Source of the DNA: Aeromicrobium sp.
GTDB taxonomy: Bacteria; Actinomycetota; Actinomycetes; Propionibacteriales; Nocardioidaceae
Reading direction: 5' to 3'
Length of the DNA: 64,000 bases
NCBI GenBank assembly: GCA_025965115.1
Contig: JAOPXO010000201.1
Location: 17,460-81,459 of the forward strand
Part shown: positions 19,406 to 29,721 of the stretch, in pieces
Layout of the letters: the number at the start of each line of letters is the position of its first letter
Position numbering within the stretch: position 1 is the stretch's first letter
The notes under the pieces: model-generated
Seen by the model: only the letters and a program-made list of their open reading frames with translations
Databases searched by the model: none
What the model was told of the DNA's origin: nothing
Position numbers and translations under genes: made by a program

Positions 19406-20640
19406 TGCACACTTCCTGACCCTGGAGCGCGCAGCATCGACTGCCACGACGAGCGGTCATCGATTGCCTTGCGGAGTTTCATGACGGAGCCTGTTCTGTC
19501 TAGGCCAAAGGCGCCCACCAACTGGCCATCGAAACGATACTGCGCAATGAACGGGTCGGTGGCGCCACCTGCTCCAAGCAGCTCGACCTCATGGGCAGGC
19601 TCGCCAAGTAGCTGGATCTTGTGCCCATACCACTCCGACCAGAAGTAGGGCGTGACGCTGCAGGGTTGCCGGTCTGTCGTGAGCGCGTTTCGTACGACTG
19701 CGACTGCCTGATCCCCTGCCGAGGTCCAGTGTTCGAGGCGGGTAGACCTTCCGCTCCATGGATTCACCCAACGTGCGACGTCGCCAGCCGCATAAACACC
19801 GGGAACCGTACTTTCCAGGTACGGAGTGCAGGCGACTCCGTCGCTGATCGCGACACCAGAGCCACGTAGCCATCCTGTTGCGGGTTCGACTCCGATTCCT
19901 ACAACCACCAAGTCTGCCGCGATCGTAGTGCCGTCTGACAGGCGAACCTTTTCAACATGCTTCGATCCGACAAATTCTCTGACTTCGCAATCAGTATTCA
20001 GTTCGACCCCGTATTGACGGTGCAGATAGGCGAGGCGTTCGGCGACCAGCGGCCCGACCGCATTTGCCAGCGGCAGCGGTGTTGCTTCAACGAGCGTGAC
20101 GTCGGCACCTCGGGCCTTCGCGCTTGATGCGACCTCACCGCCGATGAATCCGGCGCCGATCACGACAATTCGCGCACCCGGCTGAAGGGCTGAGCGGATG
20201 CGCATTGCATCCTCAACGTGTCTGAGAGTGGTGATCCCTTCGAGTCCGCGACTCGTTTCGAGCACTCTGGGCGCCGAGCCGGTAGCTATCACCAGCGCGT
20301 CGTAAGGGACGTCGCCGCGAGATGTTCTGACGATGCGGCTTCTTGAATCGAGCGAGGTGGCAACGGTCCCGGTCAGCAAGGTCACATCCATCCCGACCGG
20401 GTCCGCGAGATGATGGTCCAGATTCGGCACTGCTGCTGACGTCAAGAAGCCCTTGGACAGCGGTGGTCGGTCGTAAGGAGGGTTCGTTTCGCTGCCGATG
20501 ATCGTGATGAACCCGTCGAACCCGATCCTGCGGGCCTCAGTTGCGACCCGCGCTGCCGTGAGCGAGCCGCCGACGATTACCAGGCGACGGACCGAGGGGA
20601 TCAGACCCTGCGCGTGCCCGCCAGTGTCGACTGTGGTCAC
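19402..20640 (-). CDS. FAD-dependent ferredoxin reductase
   Basis: PYDRPPLSK, GAGFIGGEVA, AAGDVA, PYFWS. Confidence 0.92.
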   Translation of the reverse strand: MTTVDTGGHAQGLIPSVRRLVIVGGSLTAARVATEARRIGFDGFITIIGSETNPPYDRPPLSKGFLTSAAVPNLDHHLADPVGMDVTLLTGTVATSLDSRSRIVRTSRGDVPYDALVIATGSAPRVLETSRGLEGITTLRHVEDAMRIRSALQPGARIVVIGAGFIGGEVASSAKARGADVTLVEATPLPLANAVGPLVAERLAYLHRQYGVELNTDCEVREFVGSKHVEKVRLSDGTTIAADLVVVGIGVEPATGWLRGSGVAISDGVACTPYLESTVPGVYAAGDVARWVNPWSGRSTRLEHWTSAGDQAVAVVRNALTTDRQPCSVTPYFWSEWYGHKIQLLGEPAHEVELLGAGGATDPFIAQYRFDGQLVGAFGLDRTGSVMKLRKAIDDRSSWQSMLRAPGSGSVQ

Positions 20641-20641
20641 G

Positions 20642-21451
20642 TCAGCGGCCGATCCACATCGGAGTGCGCTTTTCGGTGAAGGCCCGAGTGCCCTCCACGA
20701 AGTCTTGAGACTTGAGGACAGCCTTCATGGCCCGATCGCTCACTGTCCATGCTTCGTCGTCCCAGTCCGAGCCGAGTGCCGCAGCACGGTGCATGGCCCG
20801 CTTGGTCTCGCGAACAGCGACCGGTGCGTTGGCAGCGATTCGTTCGGCGAGTTCCATCGCTTCGGAGATGACATTTCCGGGTGCCGACACACGGTTGGCA
20901 AGCCCGAGTTCAACAGCGCGGTCGGCGCTGACAGACGCCCCCGTCAGACCCATCTCAAGTGCAACCTTGAATGGCACCTGTCGTTGTAGCCGGATCACCC
21001 CGCCCGCAGCAGCGATCAACCCACGTTTGACCTCGGGGAGACCGAGCTTGGCAGCCGGGTCAAGCACGGCGAGGTCGGAGGCAAGCACGATCTCGGTGCC
21101 GCCCCCGAGTGCGAACCCGTTGACGGCGGCAATGGTGGGGACGGAGACGAAATGACGGACATAGCCCGCAAAGCCCCATTCAGGGTGCCCGGGCGCATCC
21201 AAGGATTCTCCGCGTCCGAGTGCCTTCAGGTCGGCACCGGCGCAAAACGCGCTGCCGACGCCCGTGATTACGACCACGCGGGTCTGCTCGTTCGCGTCCG
21301 CCTCGGCCAGCGCTATGCCCAGCCCTTGGGCGACCGCCGCATTGACAGCGTTCATGGCGTCTGGGCGATCGATTGTCACGAGGCTGACGTGGCCGTGCTG
21401 CTCGGTCCGCACGACGGCGGCTTTCCGGCCGGTCTCAGGATTCATGGTCAT
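20642..21451 (-). CDS. Enoyl-CoA hydratase/crotonase
   Basis: FCAGADL, AVNGFALGGGTE, GLPEVKRGL. Confidence 0.92.
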   Translation of the reverse strand: MTMNPETGRKAAVVRTEQHGHVSLVTIDRPDAMNAVNAAVAQGLGIALAEADANEQTRVVVITGVGSAFCAGADLKALGRGESLDAPGHPEWGFAGYVRHFVSVPTIAAVNGFALGGGTEIVLASDLAVLDPAAKLGLPEVKRGLIAAAGGVIRLQRQVPFKVALEMGLTGASVSADRAVELGLANRVSAPGNVISEAMELAERIAANAPVAVRETKRAMHRAAALGSDWDDEAWTVSDRAMKAVLKSQDFVEGTRAFTEKRTPMWIGR

Positions 21452-21524
21452 CGGTGCTTTCTGACGTCGGAATGCGTGGGCCGCTCATCTCACGAAGGCG
21501 AGTGAAAGCCAATCCTCGGGCGGA

Positions 21525-23042
21525 TTAGTGGACCTTCAGGTACCGCTGCGTGAGATCGGCGTATTCGGCACGGATCTCCTTCTTGCTTATCTTCCCGTTG
21601 GGGAGCCGTGGCAGCGGTTCGTCTCGCAAGATCACGTAGCGCGGAACCTTGAAGTTTGCGAGTACCTTGCTGCACTCCTTGAGGACTGCATCCTCGGTGA
21701 GGCTGGACTCTGCGTGGATGATCGCTGCCGGCGTCTCGCCGAACTTCTCGTCTTGGGCGGCAATGACGGCGCATTCAATGACTCCGTCGATGCAGCTGAT
21801 CGCCATCTCGAGCTCGACCGGGCTGACATTGATGCCGCCAGTGATGATGAGATCCTTGAGCCGATCGACAAATCTGATTCGGCCATCGGCATCAACCGTT
21901 CCTAGATCGCCGCTGTGTAGCCACCCGTCTTGAAAGACCTGTGCGGTGATCTCCGGGGCGTTCCAGTAGCCCGGCGTAACTCCTGGTCCAGCGATCACCA
22001 ATTCTCCGGTCTCGCCCGGGGCGGCGTCGGTACCGTCAGCTCGTACGGTCTTGACTCTGGTGAACATCAAACCGGAGCCACACGTGTCCGGGTGCTCCCG
22101 GAACTCGTCGACCGGAGTCGCTGTCGCCGTTCCTCCTGCTTCGGTCATGCCATAGATCTGGCGCAGCGCGACGCCCTTTGAAGCCCACGCTTCCAGCAGT
22201 GGCATCGGGACCGCCGCGCCGCCGACGATCGCCGTCTTCAGTGAGGACAAGTTGGCTGTCGCGAACTCGTCGCTGCCGGCGAGGGCCTGATAGATCAAAG
22301 GCACGCCAAAAATCGCTTCGACCTGGTGCCTCTCGATCAGGGTCACCGCACGACCGGGATCCAGATCCTTCTCGATCACGAGAGTTCCGCCGATCACAGT
22401 GGTCATCAGAAGACCCCAGACCAGCCCGGGGGTGAAGGAGAGAGGAACGACGAGAATCGATGTCGCTCCCCGGTGGAAACCCTCCTCGGTCAGCGTGGCC
22501 TCGAATATCGTGCTCATCAGCGTCCGACTGGTGAGTATGACGCCCTTTGATTGACCTGTGGATCCGCTCGTGAAGATGATCGCAATCGGCTCTTCGGGAC
22601 CTCGATCGATACGGAAGTCCTCGGTGTCGCCGACGCGAAGGGCATCGATGCTGCTGAGGGTCAGGATGTCGGCGCGGTCGCCAATGTCGTTCGCTTCATC
22701 AATCACTCCTTTGAGCGAATCATCGACGATGACCGCGGTAGCGCCTGCGTCGCTGAGCACAGTTCGAAGCTCGGCGGGAGTGAAGCGGCTGTTGAGCGGA
22801 ACCAGGACTGCGCCCGCCTTCATAACGCCCAGGGCCGCAATCGGCCACGGAGCACTATTGGCCGCAAAGATGCCAACCCTGTCGCCGGGCCTGACACCCA
22901 CAGATTGAAGGTGAAGTGCCACTCGGCTCGACCAAGACTCAATAGCGCCGTAGTCGAGGACCTCATCCTCAAAAATGTACGCCGCTGTGGTCGGTCGCTC
23001 TTTGGCCCACCAGGCGAGGGCGGCGCCCACGGTTGCGTACAT
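21525..23042 (-). CDS. Acyl-CoA synthetase (AMP-forming)
   Basis: FTSGSTGQSKG, YGMTE, GDL, RLPNGKI. Confidence 0.92.
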   Translation of the reverse strand: MYATVGAALAWWAKERPTTAAYIFEDEVLDYGAIESWSSRVALHLQSVGVRPGDRVGIFAANSAPWPIAALGVMKAGAVLVPLNSRFTPAELRTVLSDAGATAVIVDDSLKGVIDEANDIGDRADILTLSSIDALRVGDTEDFRIDRGPEEPIAIIFTSGSTGQSKGVILTSRTLMSTIFEATLTEEGFHRGATSILVVPLSFTPGLVWGLLMTTVIGGTLVIEKDLDPGRAVTLIERHQVEAIFGVPLIYQALAGSDEFATANLSSLKTAIVGGAAVPMPLLEAWASKGVALRQIYGMTEAGGTATATPVDEFREHPDTCGSGLMFTRVKTVRADGTDAAPGETGELVIAGPGVTPGYWNAPEITAQVFQDGWLHSGDLGTVDADGRIRFVDRLKDLIITGGINVSPVELEMAISCIDGVIECAVIAAQDEKFGETPAAIIHAESSLTEDAVLKECSKVLANFKVPRYVILRDEPLPRLPNGKISKKEIRAEYADLTQRYLKVH

Positions 23043-23090
23043 CGAATTGCTCCTTGGTTACCGGTGAACCGGGGTTCGCACCCGCTAAAC

Positions 23091-23103
23091 CTATCGTCAA
23101 TAG
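23091..23103. promoter_or_regulatory. Degenerate island operator
   Basis: aaacCTATCgtcAATAGtt upstream of CoA ligase. Confidence 0.5.
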
Positions 23104-23155
23104 TTATTGAGGGTTCTACCCTGCGAATCACGTACCTGTCAACGGCAACGGCCGC

Positions 23156-24124
23156 TCACAGGTCAAGAACCAGTGGGCCCTGTAGACAGCGCCCTACACA
23201 TATCATCATGCAGTCGTTCGCATCCTTTTCTTCGGGCGTAAGCACCGAGTCTCGGTGTTCTGGGATGCCTGAGAGCACGGCCGTCTCACAGGTTCCACAG
23301 GTCCCTTCGCGGCACGAGAAATCCACTTCGACGCCAGTTTCGGCGAGCGCGTCTATGATGCTCTGGCCCGCGGCAACATGAATCTGGCGGCCGCTGGCGG
23401 CGAGTTCAACATCAAACTCTGAGCCGGACGCCGTGTCGTCGATGGATGCACGAAAGCGTTCGACATGGAGCGCTTCGGCGTGGCGATCGGCCATGGCTGC
23501 CTCCACGGCCGCGATGAGCGGCTCAGGACCGCAACAGTAGATGCGCCGGCCCTCGACCTGTTCGCCCAACACCGCGTCGATGTCGATCAGTCCAGACTCG
23601 TTCTGCGGAACGATGGTCACCCGTTCAAAGTGCCCACGGAACCGGTCTAAGAACGCCATCGACTCGCGAGATCGTCCGCCATAGGCAAGCTCCCAAGGCA
23701 CGCCCGATTGGTTCGCAGCGTCGATCATCGAGAGAATCGGCGTAATTCCGATTCCACCCGCGATGAACACGTAGGAGGGTGCCGCCTCAAGTTTGAAGTT
23801 GTTGCGAGGTCCGCTGACCTTGATCTCATCGCCGATCGAGAGCTCGTCGTGGAACCAAGCAGACCCACCGCGGCCATCTGGGACCCGCAAGATCGCGATA
23901 CGCCACTGTGACCTGTCTGCTGGGTCCCCGCACAGCGAGTATTGGCGGATTTGACCGTTGCCTGCATGGAGGTCGAGGTGGGCGCCTGGCTCCCAGACCG
24001 GCAACTGCTCACCGGCCGACATCGGGCACAGTTCGAGACTGAGGACGTCGGCAGCTTCGCGCTCAATATTCGCCACCCGTACAAGCACCACATCGCCATC
24101 ATTCATGCGGTCACCTCCGGTCAC
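23156..24124 (-). CDS. PDR/VanB family oxygenase reductase
   Basis: RQYSL, GGIGITP, CGP, C-terminal [2Fe-2S] CREGTCGTC...C; start uncertain. Confidence 0.92.
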   Translation of the reverse strand: MTGGDRMNDGDVVLVRVANIEREAADVLSLELCPMSAGEQLPVWEPGAHLDLHAGNGQIRQYSLCGDPADRSQWRIAILRVPDGRGGSAWFHDELSIGDEIKVSGPRNNFKLEAAPSYVFIAGGIGITPILSMIDAANQSGVPWELAYGGRSRESMAFLDRFRGHFERVTIVPQNESGLIDIDAVLGEQVEGRRIYCCGPEPLIAAVEAAMADRHAEALHVERFRASIDDTASGSEFDVELAASGRQIHVAAGQSIIDALAETGVEVDFSCREGTCGTCETAVLSGIPEHRDSVLTPEEKDANDCMMICVGRCLQGPLVLDL

Positions 24125-24136
24125 ATCAGACTTTAA

Positions 24137-24149
24137 CTAATCACGTTAG
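24137..24149. promoter_or_regulatory. Island operator between divergent genes
   Basis: aaCTAATcacGTTAGgtt. Confidence 0.75.
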
Positions 24150-24186
24150 GTTATGATAGCCCTTCCCGCCACCCCAAAGGAGACCT

Positions 24187-24948
24187 ATGAACCCGCTCGA
24201 CTTGTTTCGGATGGATGGGCTCACCGCCGTCGTCACAGGCGCAAGCAGCGGGTTAGGTGAAGGCTTTGCACTTGCCCTGGCTCACGCCGGCGCAGATCTC
24301 GTGTTGGCCGCACGGCGGCCTGACCGCTTGGCCTCGGTTGCAGAGAGAGTCGAGACTCTGGGAGCGCGGGTAGCGGTCGTCGTCGCGGATGTTGGCTATC
24401 CCGAGGACTGCCAACGGGTCGCCGACGCGGCCCTGGAAGCAACCGGTCGAATCGATGCACTTGTTAACAACGCCGGAGTCGGAAGTGCCGTCACGGCGCT
24501 GAAGGAGACGCCCGACGGGTTCCGCCGCCTCATCGATATCAACTTGAACGGTGTGTTCTGGATGGCACAAGCGTGTGCCCAACGGATGGACCGTGGCGGC
24601 TCGATTGTCAATGTCTCGAGCGTCTTGGGTCAGATCGCGCCGAGGTTCCCCCAGGCCGCGTACGCAGCGAGCAAGGCAGGTGTCATTGGCCTGACTCGAG
24701 ATCTTGCGGCCGAATGGTCTGGGCGGTACAAGATCAGGGTCAACACATTGTGTCCGGGGTACTTCGACTCGGAGATGACCGCCGGCGAGGGCAGCTTGCT
24801 ACGCGAGATGGTCGGCGCGCAGAGCATGATAGGGCGCTTCGGAATCCAAGCCGAGTTGGACACGGCACTGCTGTTCCTGTCCAGCCCCGCTTCGTCGTAC
24901 GTGACGGGGACGACACTCACGGTCGACGGGGGCCTTTCGGCCTACTGA
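24187..24948 (+). CDS. Short-chain dehydrogenase/reductase
   Basis: TGASSGLG, NNAG, YAASK. Confidence 0.92.
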   Translation: MNPLDLFRMDGLTAVVTGASSGLGEGFALALAHAGADLVLAARRPDRLASVAERVETLGARVAVVVADVGYPEDCQRVADAALEATGRIDALVNNAGVGSAVTALKETPDGFRRLIDINLNGVFWMAQACAQRMDRGGSIVNVSSVLGQIAPRFPQAAYAASKAGVIGLTRDLAAEWSGRYKIRVNTLCPGYFDSEMTAGEGSLLREMVGAQSMIGRFGIQAELDTALLFLSSPASSYVTGTTLTVDGGLSAY

Positions 24949-25859
24949 GGGCCATGGCCGGGCCAGCGGGGCCCGTATTCCGGGTAGTCGGCGGGAGTTC
25001 GCAGCGGGAATTGGGGTGTCCGCTTCTCGAGGAAGGCCTGCACCCCCTCGACGACGTCTTTGCGGGTCGGAAGGTCGAAGACACCTTGGGACTCCACAGC
25101 GTGGGCGTCCCAGGGTGACGATGCTGAAAGCCCGCTCCACAACAGTTGCCGCGACAGGCCAGCTGCAACAGCGGAGTTGTTGTCCACGATCTCGCGCGCG
25201 AGTGCGTACGCGGTAGAGAGGAGTTCGCTGTCAGGAACGACTTGGTGAGCGAGACCTCCCCGGACAATTTCCTCCGATTCAATGATGCGGCCGGTGAGGA
25301 CCCATTCCGAAGCCTGGGAAATGCCGACGATGCGAGGAAGGAACCAGCTCGACGCCGACTCTGCGAGCATGCCGCGCCTCGAGAACACGAAGCCGACGCG
25401 TGTGGATGCGGACACGACCCGGATATCGGCTGGCAACAGCATCGAGGCTCCCCCACCGACTGCCGCACCATTCACGGCAACGATGACTGGCTTGAGCATC
25501 GCGGCGATGCGGAGGGTGATCACACCACCTGCATCTCGAGGCACTCCGGCGATCGTGCCGAAACGCGCTACGAACTCCCGGTGCTGTTGGGTTGGCTCAC
25601 GACCTGCATGATGAAATCCATCGGAAAGATCGGCGCCCACACAGAAATTCTTTCCGCGACCTGTGAGTACCACAGCTGCAACGTCGTCATCGAGATCTGC
25701 GCGTTCAAACGCATCGAAGAGCTCCGTGCAGAGCCGCAAGTTCATCGCGTTGCCTTGCTCGGGCCGGTCCAAGGTGATTGTCGCGACCCGATCTTCGGTT
25801 CCATACGCGACAACCATCGCGGACTTGTCGTTCACTCCATACACCTCGATCGTTGGCAA
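24942..25859 (-). CDS. Enoyl-CoA hydratase/isomerase family protein
   Basis: FCVGADL, VNGAAVGGG, EGVQAFLEKR; start uncertain. Confidence 0.88.
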   Translation of the reverse strand: MPTIEVYGVNDKSAMVVAYGTEDRVATITLDRPEQGNAMNLRLCTELFDAFERADLDDDVAAVVLTGRGKNFCVGADLSDGFHHAGREPTQQHREFVARFGTIAGVPRDAGGVITLRIAAMLKPVIVAVNGAAVGGGASMLLPADIRVVSASTRVGFVFSRRGMLAESASSWFLPRIVGISQASEWVLTGRIIESEEIVRGGLAHQVVPDSELLSTAYALAREIVDNNSAVAAGLSRQLLWSGLSASSPWDAHAVESQGVFDLPTRKDVVEGVQAFLEKRTPQFPLRTPADYPEYGPRWPGHGPQ

Positions 25860-25865
25860 TTAAAC

Positions 25866-25878
25866 CGAATGTCGTTAG
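25866..25878. promoter_or_regulatory. Island operator between divergent genes
   Basis: aaacCGAATgtcGTTAG. Confidence 0.6.
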
Positions 25879-25906
25879 ATTAGACTATCTTAACCGAGGA
25901 GGTCCT

Positions 25907-28270
25907 GTGGGTGTGGTTGTGTGTCGGCCCTTGGAGACTGTGCGTGTAGTCGACTTCTCCGATCGCGTCGGTGAGGCGGCCACGCGGCTGCTCGCCGATC
26001 TCGGTGCGGACACGATAAAAATCGAACCGCCCGGAGGCGCGTCTACGCGGCAGGACGCGCCGTTTCACGACGGTCACTCCCTCGGGTTCGCGATGCGCAA
26101 CGCGAACAAGCGCTCGGCGGTGCTCGACCTCAGTGTCGACGATGAGCTGACCGCCCTGCAGACGATCATTGCCGAGGCCGACATCGCGTTCCTGACTCCC
26201 GCCGTCGCCGAATCAATCAGACTCAGCGAGCTGGTCGAGCACGCTCCACATCTGGTCGTTGTTGTCTCCTCGCCGTTCGGGCTGGCTGGACCACGGAGTC
26301 ATTGGCAGGCTACTGAGCGCACGCTCTATGCACTCAGTGGTGCCATGTCGCGGTCTGGTCGGCCTGGGAGCATTCCACTGCTTCCACCAGACGGTCTTGC
26401 TGACGCGACTGCGGCGACGCAGGCAGCGTGGACTGCGCTCGTGGCCTACCAGCTGCGCAAGCGATCGGGCAGCGGGCAGATCATCGACCTGTCGCACCAC
26501 GAAGCCGTCGTCACTGGGCTCGACCCGGCCTTCGGTGTCCAGGGATCTGCAGCTGCCGGGCGCTCGGGCAAGTTTCGACGGGACCGCCCGCCGGCAGACT
26601 CGTATCCCGTATTCCCCTGCTCGGACGGATACGTGCGGTTGTGCCTGTTGGCCAAGCGCCAGTGGCTCGCGATGTTCACTTGGCTCGGCGAGCCCGGAGA
26701 GTTCGCCGACCCGATCTACAACTCAATCGTTGCTCGTGTCCAAGCGGCGGATCGCCTCGATCCGCTGATCGCTCGACTGTTCCTCAACCACACCGGTGCT
26801 GAGCTCGTGGAGGAGGCGGCTCGACGAGGCGTCCCACTCGCGCAGGTCTTGAGCCTGGGTGACGCGCTGGTGTCCGACCATTTCACGAGCGCAGGGACAG
26901 TCGCGAAGGCAGAGATTGCGCCTGGCTTGATTGCCAGTGTCCCTCTGGGCTGCGTGCAGATGGACGGCAAGCGTCTCGGAATCAGATCCCCCAGCCCCGC
27001 GCTTGCCCCACGCCCGCAGGCGCCGGTATGGGTCTCGGGTCACCCGGATCCGTCGGTCAAACCCTCGAATACAGGTTCGCCTGAACTACCGTTCGAAGGT
27101 CTTCGGGTGCTCGACCTCGGCGTCATCGTATTCGGCGCTGAGCTCGGACGCGCGTTCGCGGACCTGGGAGCCGATGTCATCAAGGTCGAGAGTCTTGCCT
27201 TCCCGGACGGGTTGCGCCAGACGCGCGGTGGCGAGGAGATGAACGCATCGTTCGCCTGGGGGCAGCGGAACAAGCGGAGCCTTGGACTGGACATTCGAAC
27301 AGATGAGGGCCATGCGCTCTTCCTTGATCTGGCCCGAAACAGCGATGTAGTCGTTTCCAACTTCAAGCCGGGGACCCTGTCGACCCTGGGTATCGATCAT
27401 TTGGCGCTCCTCGAGGTGAACCCACGGATCGTGGTTCTTGAGAGCGCGGCATTCAGTTCCACTGGCCCGTGGGCACGGCGTCTGGGCTACGGGCCCCTGG
27501 TTCGCGCCGCCTGTGGAATCTCGAGCTTGTGGCGCTACGGCCCCGAGGATGTCGAATGTTGGGACGGCGTGACCGTGTTTCCTGATCACGTCGCAGCGCG
27601 TGTGGCCGCAGTTTCGATTGCGGCGGCGTTGATCGGGCGAGATATTGACGGCCGAGGACGACACATCGAAGTGGCGCAGTCGGACGTCGTTCTGCATCAA
27701 CTTGGCGGGCTCGCGGCATGGGAGGCATTGGAACCCGGTTCGGTCGAGCCCGCCGGGAATCGCGGCCGCGACGTGTTCGGGGGCGTGTTCAGGTGCGCGG
27801 GAGACGACGAGTGGTGCGTCATCGAGGCTCGGACCGAAATTGAACTGACGAGCATTGGACGAGTTATCGGATCGACCCAAGGCTCCCTTCGGAGCGCTGA
27901 CCTCAGGCAAAGGGTTGGCGACTGGGCCCTGTCACGCACGCCTCATGAGGCAATGGAAGCTCTCCAGGCGGCCGGCGTTCCTGCCGGCGCGATGCTTCGA
28001 CTCCCCGAACTTTTGAACGATCCGCAGTTGACATCGCGCTCGACGTATACCGTCTTGAAGCATCCCGCCTTGGACTTTGAGTTACCGACAGAGGCTGCTG
28101 ATGCTCCATACGGATGGATCCCGAAGCTGAGCCTAACTCCAGCGCCGCGCGTGGGGGAACAGACAAAAGCGATCTGCACCGACGTACTCGGGACCTCCGA
28201 CGACGAGTACCAGGATCTGGTCGGGCGGGGTGTTCTCCATGAGGGGACCTCTGGCACGGGACAGCACTAG
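25907..28270 (+). CDS. Double-domain CaiB/BaiF family III CoA transferase
   Basis: Two repeats (LADLGADTIKIE / FADLGADVIKVE; NKRS), FPDH; GTG 25907 after GAGGAGG. Confidence 0.9.
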   Translation: MGVVVCRPLETVRVVDFSDRVGEAATRLLADLGADTIKIEPPGGASTRQDAPFHDGHSLGFAMRNANKRSAVLDLSVDDELTALQTIIAEADIAFLTPAVAESIRLSELVEHAPHLVVVVSSPFGLAGPRSHWQATERTLYALSGAMSRSGRPGSIPLLPPDGLADATAATQAAWTALVAYQLRKRSGSGQIIDLSHHEAVVTGLDPAFGVQGSAAAGRSGKFRRDRPPADSYPVFPCSDGYVRLCLLAKRQWLAMFTWLGEPGEFADPIYNSIVARVQAADRLDPLIARLFLNHTGAELVEEAARRGVPLAQVLSLGDALVSDHFTSAGTVAKAEIAPGLIASVPLGCVQMDGKRLGIRSPSPALAPRPQAPVWVSGHPDPSVKPSNTGSPELPFEGLRVLDLGVIVFGAELGRAFADLGADVIKVESLAFPDGLRQTRGGEEMNASFAWGQRNKRSLGLDIRTDEGHALFLDLARNSDVVVSNFKPGTLSTLGIDHLALLEVNPRIVVLESAAFSSTGPWARRLGYGPLVRAACGISSLWRYGPEDVECWDGVTVFPDHVAARVAAVSIAAALIGRDIDGRGRHIEVAQSDVVLHQLGGLAAWEALEPGSVEPAGNRGRDVFGGVFRCAGDDEWCVIEARTEIELTSIGRVIGSTQGSLRSADLRQRVGDWALSRTPHEAMEALQAAGVPAGAMLRLPELLNDPQLTSRSTYTVLKHPALDFELPTEAADAPYGWIPKLSLTPAPRVGEQTKAICTDVLGTSDDEYQDLVGRGVLHEGTSGTGQH

Positions 28271-28324
28271 CAGTTGCAAGGCGCGCGCCTCACTCCGCGA
28301 GGCAGTTGACCGTCAGGCTCATAC

Positions 28325-29539
28325 CTAGCACTTCATGTCAGAGGGCTGCGGACCTTCGCCCAAGAGCCGAAGGCCATCCGAGCCGTCACCGAGCCGTTTG
28401 CCGATGAAGCTGTGCATGAAATGGACGGGAGCCTCATTCCGGCCGACGATCGTGTCGGTGAAGGCCCCACTCGCAATCCCCTTCTGGGCACGGCGTGCAA
28501 CGCCCCAATCCTCGGTGTAAGCGACCTTCTGGAAAAGCGCCCAGTTCTGCTCGACGTACTCGGCGTGCTCAGTCTCGTCCGTGAAGCCGGGTGACGTCAG
28601 GATTCGAATGTGGGTGAGGGAACGCTGTGGATCGGTCGGGTGCGGCTCAATTGTCCAGACCTCGAAGTGTCTGCTTTGGAAGACCATGAACGTGTTCGGC
28701 AGGAGCACGTAGTTGGGGAACAAGTACTTCGCGGGATTTTCGTGGAGTTCGTCAAGGTCAGCTTCGCCAATGGACTTCTTGCTCATCACGAGTCGCGCTG
28801 CGTGTTCCGTGAATGCGTCAAAGACGTAGACGTTGTTGTTGATGTAAGGCCCAACGGTCTCCGGATGGACGAACTCCGGGTGATACGGGTCGAGAATGCC
28901 GTCAGCCACCGTCTTCCAGTTCATCGCCTCGTCAAAGACCTCTTCCCGCGCGAGCCTCCAATTGGCTAGGTCGTGGGCCTCAAGCTCGGCATCCAGGTCA
29001 CCTAGCAGCGCCCCGATATCCAACACGTCGTCGCCTGGCGAGGTCCGAACCCAGATGAAGCCATGACGCTCGGCCGCCGGATAGTTCACCAGACCCCAGA
29101 GCCGCTTCTCCATCGGAACGAAACTCTCGAAGTGGTGCGGCACACGAGAGAGGCGTCCATCCGAGGCGTATTTCCAGCCGTGATACGGGCATTGAAATGT
29201 CTTGGCGACCCCGCAGCTTCCCTCTTCGACCAGCTGAGTTCCTCGGTGCCGACAGGCATTTCCGACCGCTCGCACCGAGCCGTCATCCTGCCGAACGAGG
29301 ATCAGAGGCACGCCCATCACCTTGACACTCAGGTACGCGCCGGGCTCCGCGAGCTGCGAGCTGCGTGCCGCGATCACCGGCTCAACGGCGAACAAAGAGT
29401 CCATTTCGCGCCTAGCTCGCTCCGCGTCGATGTAGTGCGAGGTGGGGATGAGCCAAAGGTCGTCAAGGTAGGTGGTGGTCTTGTTGATCACAAGATCGCG
29501 CAGCCGGCTTACCAGGTCGATTTGTGTTGAACGCAGCAC
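28325..29539 (-). CDS. Rieske non-heme iron oxygenase alpha subunit
   Basis: CRH...CPYH, DPYHPEFVH, ED, GRNE. Confidence 0.92.
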   Translation of the reverse strand: MLRSTQIDLVSRLRDLVINKTTTYLDDLWLIPTSHYIDAERARREMDSLFAVEPVIAARSSQLAEPGAYLSVKVMGVPLILVRQDDGSVRAVGNACRHRGTQLVEEGSCGVAKTFQCPYHGWKYASDGRLSRVPHHFESFVPMEKRLWGLVNYPAAERHGFIWVRTSPGDDVLDIGALLGDLDAELEAHDLANWRLAREEVFDEAMNWKTVADGILDPYHPEFVHPETVGPYINNNVYVFDAFTEHAARLVMSKKSIGEADLDELHENPAKYLFPNYVLLPNTFMVFQSRHFEVWTIEPHPTDPQRSLTHIRILTSPGFTDETEHAEYVEQNWALFQKVAYTEDWGVARRAQKGIASGAFTDTIVGRNEAPVHFMHSFIGKRLGDGSDGLRLLGEGPQPSDMKC

Positions 29540-29583
29540 GCGAAGCCTCCAGTGGAACGGACGAGTTCTGCTTTACTCTAAAC

Positions 29584-29596
29584 CTAACGTCGATAG
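29584..29596. promoter_or_regulatory. Island operator
   Basis: aaacCTAACgtcGATAGgt. Confidence 0.7.
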
Positions 29597-29721
29597 GTAG
29601 CAACCCGTTTTCGGGATCACCGAGCCTCAGGCGCCCAGATCCCTCGGTAGGACGTCGCGCCTGCCCGGATCGATCCGCCTGACACGGCGTCAGGCATAGA
29701 CGCTTGCGGCGCGGCCAACAA

